NCBI RefSeq assembly: GCF_009914755.1
Contig: NC_060939.1
DNA from: the human T2T-CHM13v2.0 reference genome, Homo sapiens
Reading direction: 5' to 3' (one strand)
Length of the DNA stretch: 64,000 bases
How positions within the stretch are numbered: the first letter of the stretch is position 1; the number at the start of each line of letters is the position of its first letter. This document shows, piece by piece, positions 14,001-26,150 of the stretch. The notes below the pieces were generated by a model, which did no database searches, was not told the DNA's origin, and worked only from the letters and a program-made list of their open reading frames with translations. The translations under genes were made by a program, and so were the position numbers.

Positions 14001-15419
14001 GAAAGCCTTTGTATTACTTTAAGGGGAAAAAGTCACAATTTGTGACTGGAGTTAGATTACCAATGTGAAATGGCCATTTGCGGCTTTTATTCCGAAAATG
14101 GAAGTGATTCAACCTCCTCCAATCCATGTTTTCTTCCATTTATTTAGGCATCTCAGCCAAAAAAGGTTTGGCTGATCCCCTTAATTACTGAGATAATTGC
14201 CTTAATTCTTTCTTCACTTTACTAATGTAGCTCCAGCTTTGAATCTTAAGCTTTATCCATTAAATCCTTGTAATTGAGAAAAAAAAAAAGAAAACTGGGT
14301 TTGACCTGATGAATCCTAAACGTTTTAACAATGTGTTGAAGAGCCAAAAGAAAGATGATAGATAGACAGATAGAGATAATTTAATCATATACTTGAAGTA
14401 AAAATAGTTTTTCAAGGCAGAAATATTTTCACACATCTCCCAACACAAGATTTGAGATTGCTCAAATAAGAAAATTCATTTTCTATCAAGTAAATCTTTG
14501 ATTGTAATTACAAATAATTCAGAATTCCACCCAGGGTATGTGTGGGGTGTGTGTGTGTGTGTGAAAGCTTAGGCTGAGGGATGTGGGTTATGAGAATCGA
14601 GAGCTGTGGTTTTACATCGTCCCTGTGTTTTGCACGTATTTGTGGATCACAAGTCTTCCTTGGCTGTGAATTCTCATTCACTCTCCTGCCTTCTACCATC
14701 ATGCAGCGAAGGCTGTTCCAGCCAGGGATGCTGAGAGACAGGGGTCATCCTCTATTCTATCAGCCCACTAGCCTCCCCTCCTTTTCAGAATAAAGTAGCA
14801 AACTGCTGGCTTTTAGTGTGGCCCCTGTGGCAATTCTGAGAAAAGGACCAGCTTTCGTTTTAATGTGATTGTAAAATGTCTAGAGATGCTTAGCTATAAG
14901 GCACTATAAAAGTTTAAGATATTATTGTTAAAAGGACACAGTAAGGCTATTCATGGCAAAGGTTCATCCGAGTGCAAAAGCACAGGGGCTGAACAAGTAG
15001 GAGGAGAATTCAGGAAGGTTTCTGTTGTTGTTGATGATGTTTTTATTTTCATTTCCAAGCCTTTCTGTCAACAATTTTACAGGCTACAGCTATCTGAGGT
15101 GCTACAAATGGGGGCTTTACATCAGCTTTTCTTTGTACAGGAAAATTGTAATTTAATTGAACTGAAAAGCCTAGAAGTATACATCATCCACAGAATAAGC
15201 AAAGGTTGCAAGGTGAATTTATTAAGCCACAGATAAAACATCATGTTCCTTATTCTGGCCCTCAATTCTTTCTGACTTTGCTTCATTCCTTAGACATGCT
15301 GTTTTGGTGATTGCAAATGCTTTTTAGACCACATCTTTGCAAATATCTATATGATGTGAACCCTGGCAGCTTGGCATTCCATGACACTTCCTTCTATCTT
15401 AAAAACACTGCCTCAACAC

Positions 15420-15630
15420 AGTGCTTCTGAATTTGCTACAGCAGTGGGGTAGAGAGGAGAGAAGAGAATATTGGCTCTTCTGTACTTTCACCTTCCAGTA
15501 GAACACATGGGCTCCCCTTGCATTTCTTTGGCCAAAGCAAATCGCACAGCCATGGGTGACTTTCAGTAAAATCCTTTTGTATGGTTGGGCAGAGGAAGAG
15601 AACCAGGAACATCACTGAGCAACAGGAACA
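15420..15630 (-). mobile_element. old MLT1-like LTR fragment
   Basis: catttctttggccaaagcaaatcgcacagcc...gaggaagagaaccaggaacat resembles MLT1 in reverse. Confidence 0.4.
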
Positions 15631-16507
15631 ACTACTATGGGAGGCCACACAGAAGAGGGAAGAACAAGGCAGATACAGAACAGACATAGATGAAACCCTG
15701 TGCAAAGACCCTGCGTGGGGATGGAGCATGGAAAGGATTGTAAACCATGACAGGAAATAGGTTTGGAATGGCAGGTAGAAGTCAGATGGTGCAGTGTCCA
15801 TTACACTATGTTCCCTACGTTTAGCAAATATTCAGTAAATATCCACAATGTGCCCACTGTTATTCTAGTTACTTCATTCAATATAGCACTTGATCCTCAC
15901 CAATCAAATTCCACATTTTATTAAATCTAAGATCCCATCCACCGTAAATCAAACCCTTAGTGTATGTATTATTAGGCAAGAAAAGAAAAAAGGAAAAACC
16001 ACTGCCAATGAAACTATGGAAATACACTTTCTTACCACTTAGAATGCTTATGTTATACTTGAGAAGGCTCTTATAAGACCCGAGTATTTCTGTCATCTAT
16101 CATTCTTGTGTATGTATATGTGTGTGTGTGTGCTTGCGTATATATGCAAAATAAATGACTTAAGAAATTCCTAATACTTTTTACATTCAGAGCATGACTG
16201 TACTGAATCACTTATTTACTCCAAATCATTGATGTCAGTGTCAGAGTCTTCACTTCCAGTATTGCACTCTATGCCGTCACAGGGCAAATGCCAAAACTGG
16301 GGTTCAGCCCAGGAAGCCACACGGGTTCTTGGCTTTGCACGGGAAGAAATTCAAGCAGGAGCCCACAGAGTAAAGTGAAGACAAGTTTAATAGATTAAAG
16401 GAATACAAGGGTGGCCACTCCATAGCAGACAGCCCCAAGGGCTGCTGGCTATTTTTATGGTTATTTCTTGATCGTATGCTAAACAAAGGGTGAATTATTT
16501 GTAAGTT

Positions 16508-16537
16508 TTCCAGGAACGGAGCTGGGAATTCTGGGAA
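16508..16537. promoter_or_regulatory. tandem GAS (STAT) motifs within MER41
   Basis: TTCCAGGAA 16508-16516 and TTCTGGGAA 16529-16537, both TTC-N3-GAA. Confidence 0.75.
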
Positions 16538-16579
16538 CTGAGAGTTCCTCTCCCTTTCAGACCATATAGGGTAACTTAC

Positions 16580-16958
16580 TGTGTCCGGAGTTAGCTCCTT
16601 CCAGTGGGTTCGTGGTCTCGCTGACTTCAAGAATGAAGCCACAGACCCTTGCAGTGAGTGTTACAGCTCTTAAAGGTGGTGTGGACCCAAAGAGTGAGCA
16701 GCAGTTAAGATTTGTTGTGAAGAGCAAAAGAACAAAACTTCTACGGTGTGGAAGTAGACCCGGGCAGGTTGCGCTGCTGGCTGTGGGGAGGGGGGAGTGG
16801 CCAGCTTCTTTTATTCCCTGGCTTTGTCCCCGCCCATGTCCTGCTGATTGGTCCATTTTACAGAGCGCTGACTGGTGCGTTTTACAATCCTCTTGTAAGA
16901 CAGAAAAGTTCTCCAAGTCCCCACTCTACCCAGGAAGTCCAGCTGGCTTCACCTCTCA
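16580..16958 (-). mobile_element. LTR12F-like (ERV9/ERV1) solo LTR, complete
   Basis: minus strand TGAGAGGTGAAGCCAGCTGGACTTCCTGGGT...AACTCCGGACACA; TG..CA ends; 4-bp TSD ttac at 16576-16579 and 16959-16962. Confidence 0.9.
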
Positions 16959-18819
16959 TTACAGATGTTGCCATGGCATTTGTAAGCTGGCATTACACTG
17001 GTGCCAGTTTCCTTTCATATCCTAATGTATTATAATTAGCACATAATGAGCAAAGAGAACAACCAGCAGTGGCTGTCATCACCATCTTGGTTTTGGCAGG
17101 TTTGGCCACTTCTTTACTGCATCCTGTTTTATCAGCAGAGTCTTTGTGACCTGTATATTGTGAAACCAGGCCTGCCGAATACCTATCTCAATGCCATAAA
17201 GGGAGATGGTGATGAACTCTTTTAAGAAAATAACTATGCACCACCAGTGCTGGACTCCCAGGCCAGCTCTGCAGTAATGAAGACGCAGCCTGCTCTTGAC
17301 TCCCACTTCAGGAATGTTGCTAAGCATGCTTGATTTGTCATCTCACCCTACTCTCTCTCCCTACCTATTTGGTTTCTAATAATTAGAAGGGAGCTCACTA
17401 TAGTTTCTGACATTTTTTTCCAAGTCATTAACAATCATTCTGCTAGTTTTGAGGCTGAAGATTTTGATGTTTACACATCTGCAAGCTGAGGCAATTAGAC
17501 CACAACTGCCACCTGGAAAGCCATGATTATAAGATACCTTCTATGGTAGGGCACAGTCTGCTTTCAAGATTGTTAAAATGTGAGAAAATACTAGAATTGA
17601 ATAAATATGGTAGTCACGTGTACTGAGTCCTTACTTGTGCCAGACATTGAATTAATAACTATAGATTAACTCATTTAATCTTGGTAACATGTCAAAGTAG
17701 ATGTATCTACCTACCTCCAGAGGAAGAATTTCCCAAACCGAGGCTCTTGATAAGAAAAAAACTATAATCTGAACCTTAATTTGTCTAGTTCTCAGCGTTA
17801 CAATATGAGGCTGTGGGGAGAAATAATCACAAGCAATTTACAGGCGGCAAAGGAAAACTCAAGGCTGTTGAGTGATTTTGCTTACTCTATGTGGCAAAAT
17901 TGGGATTATTGTTCAATATTCTTTTACTTGGCCTATGAAGATGCAATCTAGATCTATGCTGTATGTAATTACAACCTACATTTCAGGTCTGGATTGTAAA
18001 CCTTTCCCAAATAGAGAAATTGAACAGGGAAAATATGGTTGTGTTTTTCCTTTGGGACTTGTTGCAATGGCAATGCCAAATACAGAGAGTTACAAATACC
18101 TTTCTTCTTGCTGTCAAGAGGGTTACCTTGGTCAGAACCCCAAAGGCACGTTTCCCCGTGCTCCATGGTCAGGGTTGGGGTGAACACAGTATGCCCAGGT
18201 GTGAATCTTCTGTGAATTTCTCCGGAGTCTCTCAGTGTCACTTATATTTGGCTCACCTCTGACCCACCTTCTAGAAGGCTAGTCCCCTTCCTGAATATAT
18301 ACTCCTTCTTTCTGGGTCAAATGTAGAGAGAGTGAGGAAGTTAATTGGATCCTGGATATCCTTGTAAGGGTTTTTGACAGCTTCAGCTATTCCACAATTC
18401 CAGCCCACCGTTCACATTGCTATGAAATGAATACTTACACCCAGTGGTTAATCTATGTTTCTCCATTAGATCCTATCAACAAGGTGAAATTACCCATTAA
18501 GAAAAGCCTACCTTGAGGTGAAAAAAACATAGTTTTTCTGCTTCTGTTGCAAACCCCCACAGGAAACTGATGAATTCAATTTCAAACCCAAATTGAGAAA
18601 TTTAAGCTCAAATTCCATTTCCTTTCAGCTCAAATTAGACATTTTTATGCAAATAAAATGAAATAAGGGCTTAAGGATGGTTTTAAAAAAAAAATTCACT
18701 GGGTATTTTGGACACCAAAAATGTTAAAAATAGTAATAAAAGAAGAGTTCAATGAGTTAAGTGTAAATAAATCAGGAACATATGGGTCAAATTTTCTTAA
18801 TATACACTCGGGCTTAAAA

Positions 18820-18990
18820 TTAAGTGAAATGTACAAGGAAACACTTTTTCTGGTGGTGATGAAACAAGAACATTTGAAAAGAAATTGGCAATATTTGAGA
18901 AATCTCAAGTACAGCCAATTCCGCCCATCTCTTGGTGACAAAAACCTGGAGACCATACAGTCATCATTAGGGAAGGGATACAGTGTCCTA
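18820..18990 (+). mobile_element. degraded L1M ORF2-end/3'UTR fragment
   Basis: tttgaaaagaaattggcaatat...agccaattcc...caaaaacctggagac...atcattagggaaggg resembles L1M consensus. Confidence 0.4.
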
Positions 18991-20799
18991 ATTGAGGACA
19001 TTGGAGAAAGAATTTTTTTTTTTTTCCGCAGAGCTTTAACTCTTATGTGTACATAATTATTTCATTCTGGTTAAAAAAAAGTAGAGACATACGCTAAAAA
19101 TGTTCTGACTTGGCTTCTCATGGTATATTAAAAGCATACTGTAGAGGAACAGACTTAAAGTTTGGGGGTTTAACCCCAGGGAGAGAAAATTATGGTTCTT
19201 TCCATTTATCCATGAACCCTGCAGCTGGTAAGACTGCACTCTGTTAGTAATTACACTGAACAGATGAGGGACTTTTTAATTTTTTTTTTATTTTGACCTG
19301 CAGTTAAACAAAATTTGCTTGTTTTATTTTTGGTTTAAAAATGATGAGGCAGCACCAACCCCAGTTTCACCCCAGAGCTGTTGATTTTTCCCCCTCCTTC
19401 CTAATTTGTTTCAGACTATGAGTGCACAGAGTTCCATTTTAGTGGGAAACATTTGCTGCCAAGACCTTCAGGGGTTTTATCTGCAGTTTATTTTGTTAAC
19501 TACAAGTTTAAGATTGTTGTGAGTTGTTATTTTTTTTTTCTATCACACTTTGAAACAGAAAAGTTCATCTTTTGCTTTTAGGAAACAGGTTTAAAACAAA
19601 ACAGAGGGAAAGATGAGTTTGGAGTCTTCTAAAAATCAACAAAGGACTGAAACCAATGGTGGCTATAAAGAGGCATAATAAAATAATACAAATGAATTCA
19701 CTGCCTTAAAGGTTTAGCGCATAGTACGCACTCCACTCCCACCCTTCCCGTTGTAATTCAAATTTAACACTAATAAAAGAGAGGAACTAAAGATAATTGG
19801 CTAGAATCAAGCATTACATATCAGGCATTTCACAAGCTGACCCAGCTAAGCAACTGCAACTCAATGCATTTCAACTTACGAGTTCAGAACAAAAAACAAT
19901 GGTTCATGAGGTGGAAAGAATGTGGTACAACACCCCATGGCCCTGGCTGGTATTTATAAAGTTTTGGCAAAATTTCATAACAAATTTTAAAATAATGTGA
20001 AAGTGGCCTGTTTCCGGTTTCTACCATGCACCATGCCCGTCATGAGGATGTTGTGGTTGGGGCAAATATCCAAAGATTTGCCTGGCAACAGAAATGGAAC
20101 AGACTGACTGCAAATAATCCTCACGTTTGCACAGTGCCCTTTGCTTTTATGTTTCAAAGACCTTTCACATAGATCCTTCCATTTGATCTCACAAGAAGCC
20201 TAGTAGACCTGGCTGGTGTTGTTTTGCTGCTGATGAAACCAAGATAAAGAGAGATGAGAGACTTGCTCAAGGGCACAAGTCAAAGAGGATTATGACAGAA
20301 AAATTAAACCCATTTTTCCAGCTCAAGACCAAAGAATTCTCCATTAATATTTATATGGGGAATAGCTACACCAAATCCTTTTTTTTTTTCACTCCCTTTT
20401 CCCTCCTCTCTATAGGTCTTCTACTGTCTGTCACTACAGTCACACAGGATTTCGTGGGTGTCCCCAAGAGGACAAGTGGGACCCCACTGGATAAAGCACA
20501 GCAAATGAGTAATCTGAAGCTGACACACCTTTCCATAAGAACTATTGCTCTCAATTCACTGGTTTATATTTTTTCAAAACAGGAAAAGAAAATAATCCAG
20601 TTTAAAGACCAATGGAATCTTTGGCTGCTATCATTTAAATCCAAAGTAAGCTATCCAATCTATAAAATTTAGCCAAATATATATCTTTGTCCATGATGTG
20701 CATCTTTTTCAAGTTGAAATATAAGACGCTATGCCCCTTGGGTGAATGGCACTGCATCTGAAGGGCCCACGGTGTACTGGAAAGAATAAAGGCTGTGGG

Positions 20800-20960
20800 C
20801 AAATGTTTTACTCCTACCGCTTCACAGTTACGCAACTTGGGAAGCATTATTGAACCTCAATGAATCTTAGGATCTTCTATAAAATTGTTCATTTAACCTT
20901 CAGAGAATTCTCGTGAAGACTAAATCAGACAGCACATATAATGCATCCACAAAATGTGAG
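20800..20960 (+). mobile_element. MIR
   Basis: aacttgggaagcattattgaacctcaatgaatcttag..tctataaaat..gtgaagactaaat, MIR core. Confidence 0.6.
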
Positions 20961-21059
20961 CCCCCTTTGTTCTAGTCTTTTAGACATTCTCACTCACGGA
21001 TGCTCAGGGAGTTCATTCTATAGCTTTGGTTTTCAGGATGTAATCCTGGCCTGTAGTTG

Positions 21060-21224
21060 TATCTGTGTAACTGTCCTTTGGCCAAATTAATTATGGTGTA
21101 ATTTGCACGGAGTAAAATGGTGCAAGGTTGGAAAATGCTGTAATGCAAGTTTTTCCCACAAGAGACCTGACCACCCATTCATTGGTGGGTTGTACTAAGA
21201 ATGCGGGGGAATGGGCCGGAGATA
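21060..21224 (+). repeat. dispersed duplication, copy A (paralog of 22624-22781)
   Basis: tatctgtgtaactgtcctttggccaa...cccacaagagacctgaccaccca...ggggaatgg shared by both copies. Confidence 0.95.
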
Positions 21225-22015
21225 AATAGGTGGAACCGGCACTACTTAATTCCTTAAATATACTATTTCATTTAATCCTCTCAACAACCTGGAGTGGAGA
21301 ATTAAGCAATTATATAATTACACAGCAAATAGATCAACTTAGATAGCCAAACTGAGCAATTAGGACAGAAAACATTATTAACTGAGTTTGTAAATGAATC
21401 CTTCAGGTATTTATCTTCACCCTCTGCTTCTCTTTGTTCACTGCAAATTATCAGCCCTAGAATAATTTATTGGGTTAACTTAATTGGCACTAAAGCCCAA
21501 CCAGATAATTCAGGCCTAAAGTATTCACATTGTCTTTCAAATTATCCCAGCATTAAAAGAAGATTTCCCCTTCTCTTGGCCTTTTTGCGTGGGCTTCATC
21601 TACAATGGGACACCATAAAATTGTGAGTGTGTGCTCTGCCTGGTTCGTCCATTCTTGGGGTTAGAAGGGAGGTAAAACAAAGTATTCCAGTTTCTAAAAG
21701 ATCAATGGCCTTGTAAGAGTGATGCACGGTATTAGATATTTTAGGGCTTTGAGCCAAAGGACTCTCTGTAGGTTTAGATGTAGGATTATTCCAGGATCCT
21801 TAAAAACTGAAAGCTTTTTTGAAACTTGGCATGCAGTAAAGCTGAGAAGTTAGGTTAAATATGGAGCACATATCCACGTGGGGCACCCACCTAAAATATA
21901 AGCAGAATCATCTATTTAATATGACCGATCAAAGTTGAGGTTTTTCTCAAAGGTAAATACCATAATACAGTTCTAGAAGAGAAAAAACAAATTAGAACTA
22001 AAGTTATGAAAACTA

Positions 22016-22375
<360 letters not shown>

Positions 22376-22563
22376 TTATTCTCCACCAAATCCTTTCATT
22401 GCCTATCTAGATATTGTTTTTATTCTTGATGTATACTGGATGTAATACAAAGATAATATATAGATGGCTAGTAATACTTCTTTGAACTCTGAAGGCGATT
22501 TCATAAAAGAGCAAGACAAGACACACTGATAAATGCAATGAGGATTTTATATGTATGTATAAT

Positions 22564-22580
22564 TATATATATATGATTGT

Positions 22581-22626
<46 letters not shown>
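22564..22626. repeat. compound (TA)n(TG)n(TA)n microsatellite
   Basis: seen directly. Confidence 0.95.
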
Positions 22627-22781
22627 CTGTATAACTGTCCTTTGGCCAATTTAATTATGGCGTAATTTGCATGGAATAAAATGGTGCAAGGTTGGAATAT
22701 GCTGTAATGCTGGTTTTCCCACAAGAGACCTGACCACCCATTGGTGGGTCATAGTAAGGATGTGGGGGAATGGTCCAGATA
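22624..22781 (+). repeat. dispersed duplication, copy B (paralog of 21060-21224)
   Basis: direct alignment, roughly 88-90% identity with a 4-bp indel. Confidence 0.95.
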
Positions 22782-24100
22782 TTATATAGAGTGTCCTTTG
22801 AGAGCTCAGTAAAATTATAATCAGTGCTGGGAAAATGCAGCAACCAACATAAGTTTTATGCAAAACAAAACTATAATTTGATACAATCTTGAAAAGCATT
22901 ACTGTATTGTATAACCATAGATATTTAGGACTTTAGATAACTCTTTGCCATTTTGAGGTTCTGGTTTTGAGTATTTCTAGGGCTAACTTACTTTCCAGAT
23001 TAAAATTAAGGCAACAGGGCACTATTTGGTTGAGTATCCACTTAACGTTGGATAGAAGGTGATTCCATCTAGAAGCATGTCACACATATGAGCTTCTCCC
23101 AAAACATATCAGGTACATGCCACAAAGAGGCAGGAATTGGGCCTAGGATTTAAAAATAGTACTGCCATGTTTTCTCTTCTTCCTCCAATTGTATTGTCAT
23201 ACACACATTGAACAACTAAAGGGTAAAGGAGAAGGGACTCTAGATCTACCCATTTTGACTAATCGTAAATTGGATCAGTTCAGTCAAATTTTTTACACAC
23301 AAGAACAGATAACATCATATTTAGTCATAAAATTATTTTTTCTCTGCTTTACTAAAAAAAAAACCCAAATGACAGTACATTTTTCATGACCTGTGGCTTG
23401 TTATAATTTGAGTTTATTTCAGCTCTCTGATCAAATTCATGATGGAGTATAGCTTTTTTGGTATCTGCAGATGTACAAAAAAAAAGGAAGCTTTTAAAAA
23501 TGGAAATTGTTTTCTATTTACACAATATATGTATGTTTAATAAGAAGGAAAAAAATAGTTTACCCACATTTATAAGTGAGGTTTCCATTGTGCTAGTAAT
23601 GAACTCAGTACATTAAATGTTGGCATATTCTTCGTTCACTTGAAAATTAATTATACAACATACTCAAATGTGTACACTCTGCCTGCGTGTACACAAAGTA
23701 GGCATTTAAAGAAATCACTTGGCTATTTCAGACAGAAAAAATATTTAAGACAAAACTTATTAAGGAAAAGTAGAGAATTATGTTTGAATTATTAAGAGAA
23801 TTGTGGGCTGTTCATTTCTTTTTTGTGTGAGTAGAGCCGTATTTTAAAAAATTCATGTTTCCTTATGATCAAGTTTTCTTCCTTTGCTCATATGTGCTTT
23901 AGAGATGATTATAGAATCTGAACCTGCAGCATGTTACCACAAAAATTTAAGACTCATTCAATGAATTTCATAATATCCCGATAGTTTTATTCTTTCCTGT
24001 CTCTGAAAAACATGTTCACTCTCAGCGTCTACCACACTCTGTATCATCAAATTGATAGAGTGTTTTAAAAATTCAGATGAGGGTGGGTTTGCTCTGTGTG

Positions 24101-24104
<4 letters not shown>

Positions 24105-24143
<39 letters not shown>
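24105..24143. repeat. (TG)19 microsatellite
   Basis: uninterrupted TG run. Confidence 0.95.
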
Positions 24144-24145
<2 letters not shown>

Positions 24146-25399
24146 TTCTTGTTTTCCCTTTAGAGATGAAGAATTTAGTTTCTGTTTCTGTTTTAAATTT
24201 TATTTCCTTAGAGGGGACTGGAAGCTGTAACCATCTGAAAGTTACAACTACAAATGTGAAAATGAAGCCAAATCCAGATATTCATTTAGCATGAATCCCT
24301 TTTCAATTCCTGCTAATTGGCAATTGTAGGTGGTCTTGGTAGAGAGACTAGCAGTTGAACAGGAAAGAAATCACCATTCTCAAAGTGAACCTGCTGGTTC
24401 CCGTGCAGTGTCACGGTAACAGGACAGGACTAGGTGGTTCAGCTAATTTCCTGAATATACTGCTGCTGAGGAACAGAGGGGATTTGAACTTTGCTATTGG
24501 GATACTGTCTGTCACCAGCACCAAGTTTAATTCCAAGAAACCGAAGGAAACTATGTCAGGCCCGTCTTGAACCATCTTTCTGATTCACAGCCAATTCACA
24601 ATGTTCCATGAAGGGTTTGCAATAAAGAGTAATATGTTGGGGAAATTAAATCATGAATTGGAGCTGTTAATTACACACACATTGGTTTAAAGCTGAAGCA
24701 AATACTTCTATCTGCCCTTTGTTGCACATTTTGCATGCCTGCCTGTTCCTCTACTGCTGCTGCTCGGTCTGTTTCTCTCTAATCTACGCCTCAAAAACTT
24801 CCCCTACCCAATTCCAGGAGCTAACACAAATGTAAAATGTAAATTGTGGCCTAGATTGCTGCTACCGGAGTGTGGAGAGAGATGCCAGATTCTGTAATAG
24901 CCTAGATGTGTCGGGGATCAACTTCCAGGTCCTTGCATATTGACAAACTCTTCTTGTATCCATCACTTGGGTTTCCTATCGAGTTGTCTTCTTGGGCCAA
25001 TTATGTACATTTCCCATGTGTTTTTCTTGGCATACAGAGAACTCTATATTTGAGACCGTGAAGCCAACTTACTTCACATTGAAACTTCCTTCTCTTTCAC
25101 TTCCCTATGATAAAGCCTGAAGGATAATTCTGCCAATATTTTCTTCCAGCAATAATCAACTATCTTACTATCTGTAGTAAGTAGCTACTACAAAATGTTA
25201 TGGCACAATTGACAATGACATTATACTACACAAACTTTCACCTCTGTCCTCAAGACATTTTTACCAAAGAAGGGTTTTGATTATTCTGAACTCTAAGACT
25301 ACTTCAAGACAAAAAGGAGGGAAGAACATGTGCCAAGACACAGATGTGCAGACCCAGTGCTGCCGGGAGGATGGGGACAAGGAAGACATCAATGTGGTG

Positions 25400-26150
25400 A
25401 ATGATGACTCAGGTTAGGGATGGCAGGAGAGGAACTGAAAAGAAAGATTGTGTTCTAACGATGCAGTAAAGAATCTGGATCTCACCCAGTAAGCAGCAGA
25501 AAAGGCTCAAAGGACATTTTTTCTCCAGAGACATTATCCATTGGTTTTTTTAGGGAAAACAAAATAACACCTGGTCATGCTATAGAGCATTAACTGGGGA
25601 AGAGAGAATGAGTGAGAGAAACACTGTTGCAACTATCAGAGCAAGAGATGATGGGACCTAGTTTAGGGCAGTGAGAGTGTGTGCGTGGAGTGGAGGGGGC
25701 TCATTTTGGAAATCTTTCTGAGGCATAGGCAATGGTACTTAGTGTTCCACTGATACTATGGGTAAAGGATGAGGGGTCAAAGTGGAGAGTGACTTCCTTA
25801 ACCAAAGGAGGACAAGAAAAAGAAGCGATGTTGCCGAATGACATTTACAAAAGTGTATTTTCTAGTTGCAAGGAGTCTGAGATACCTACGGATTCTCCAA
25901 ACAGGATACCTATAGACAGCTGAAAATACAAGACTGGTTTTACGCAGCAATGTCAGAGCTGAAGAGACAGGTGATAATCACAGGCATGAATGTATTGAAG
26001 TTACTGAGGGACTACAAAGTGAACATAACTGGGAACAGCACCATCAAAACGATCAGCATTTAAAGAGCAGGGAGTGGGAAGAGCCAATGATTGAAGCTGA
26101 GACTAAACTAACTGAAGAGAAAATCAAGGCACAATTCTTGCTATAATATC
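25400..26150 (-). mobile_element. L2 LINE relic
   Basis: purine-rich, gcaagagatgatgggacctag...gacagctgaaaatacaagactgg...cagagctgaagagacag typical of antisense L2. Confidence 0.55.

Larger units (their letters stand above)
16275..17190 (-). mobile_element. MER41-family (ERV1) solo LTR, split by LTR12F
   Basis: gggttcttggc..gagtaaagtgaag..atggttatttcttgatcgtatgctaaacaaaggg..gaccatatagggtaactt | gatgttgccatggcatttgtaa..ccatcttggttttgg..cctatctca; 4-bp TSD atgc; about 533 bp without the insert. Confidence 0.85.

Noticed and set aside
16304-17035. Overlapping 95-137 aa ORFs
   Set aside because: All lie inside the LTRs and show no gag/pol/env similarity.
18721-19056. ORF peptide LGDKNLETIQSSLGKGYSVLIEDIGE resembles a dynein heavy chain segment
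   Set aside because: The match is short, there are no supporting exons or splice sites, and the DNA is better explained as a decayed L1M fragment. tblastn plus RepeatMasker would settle it.
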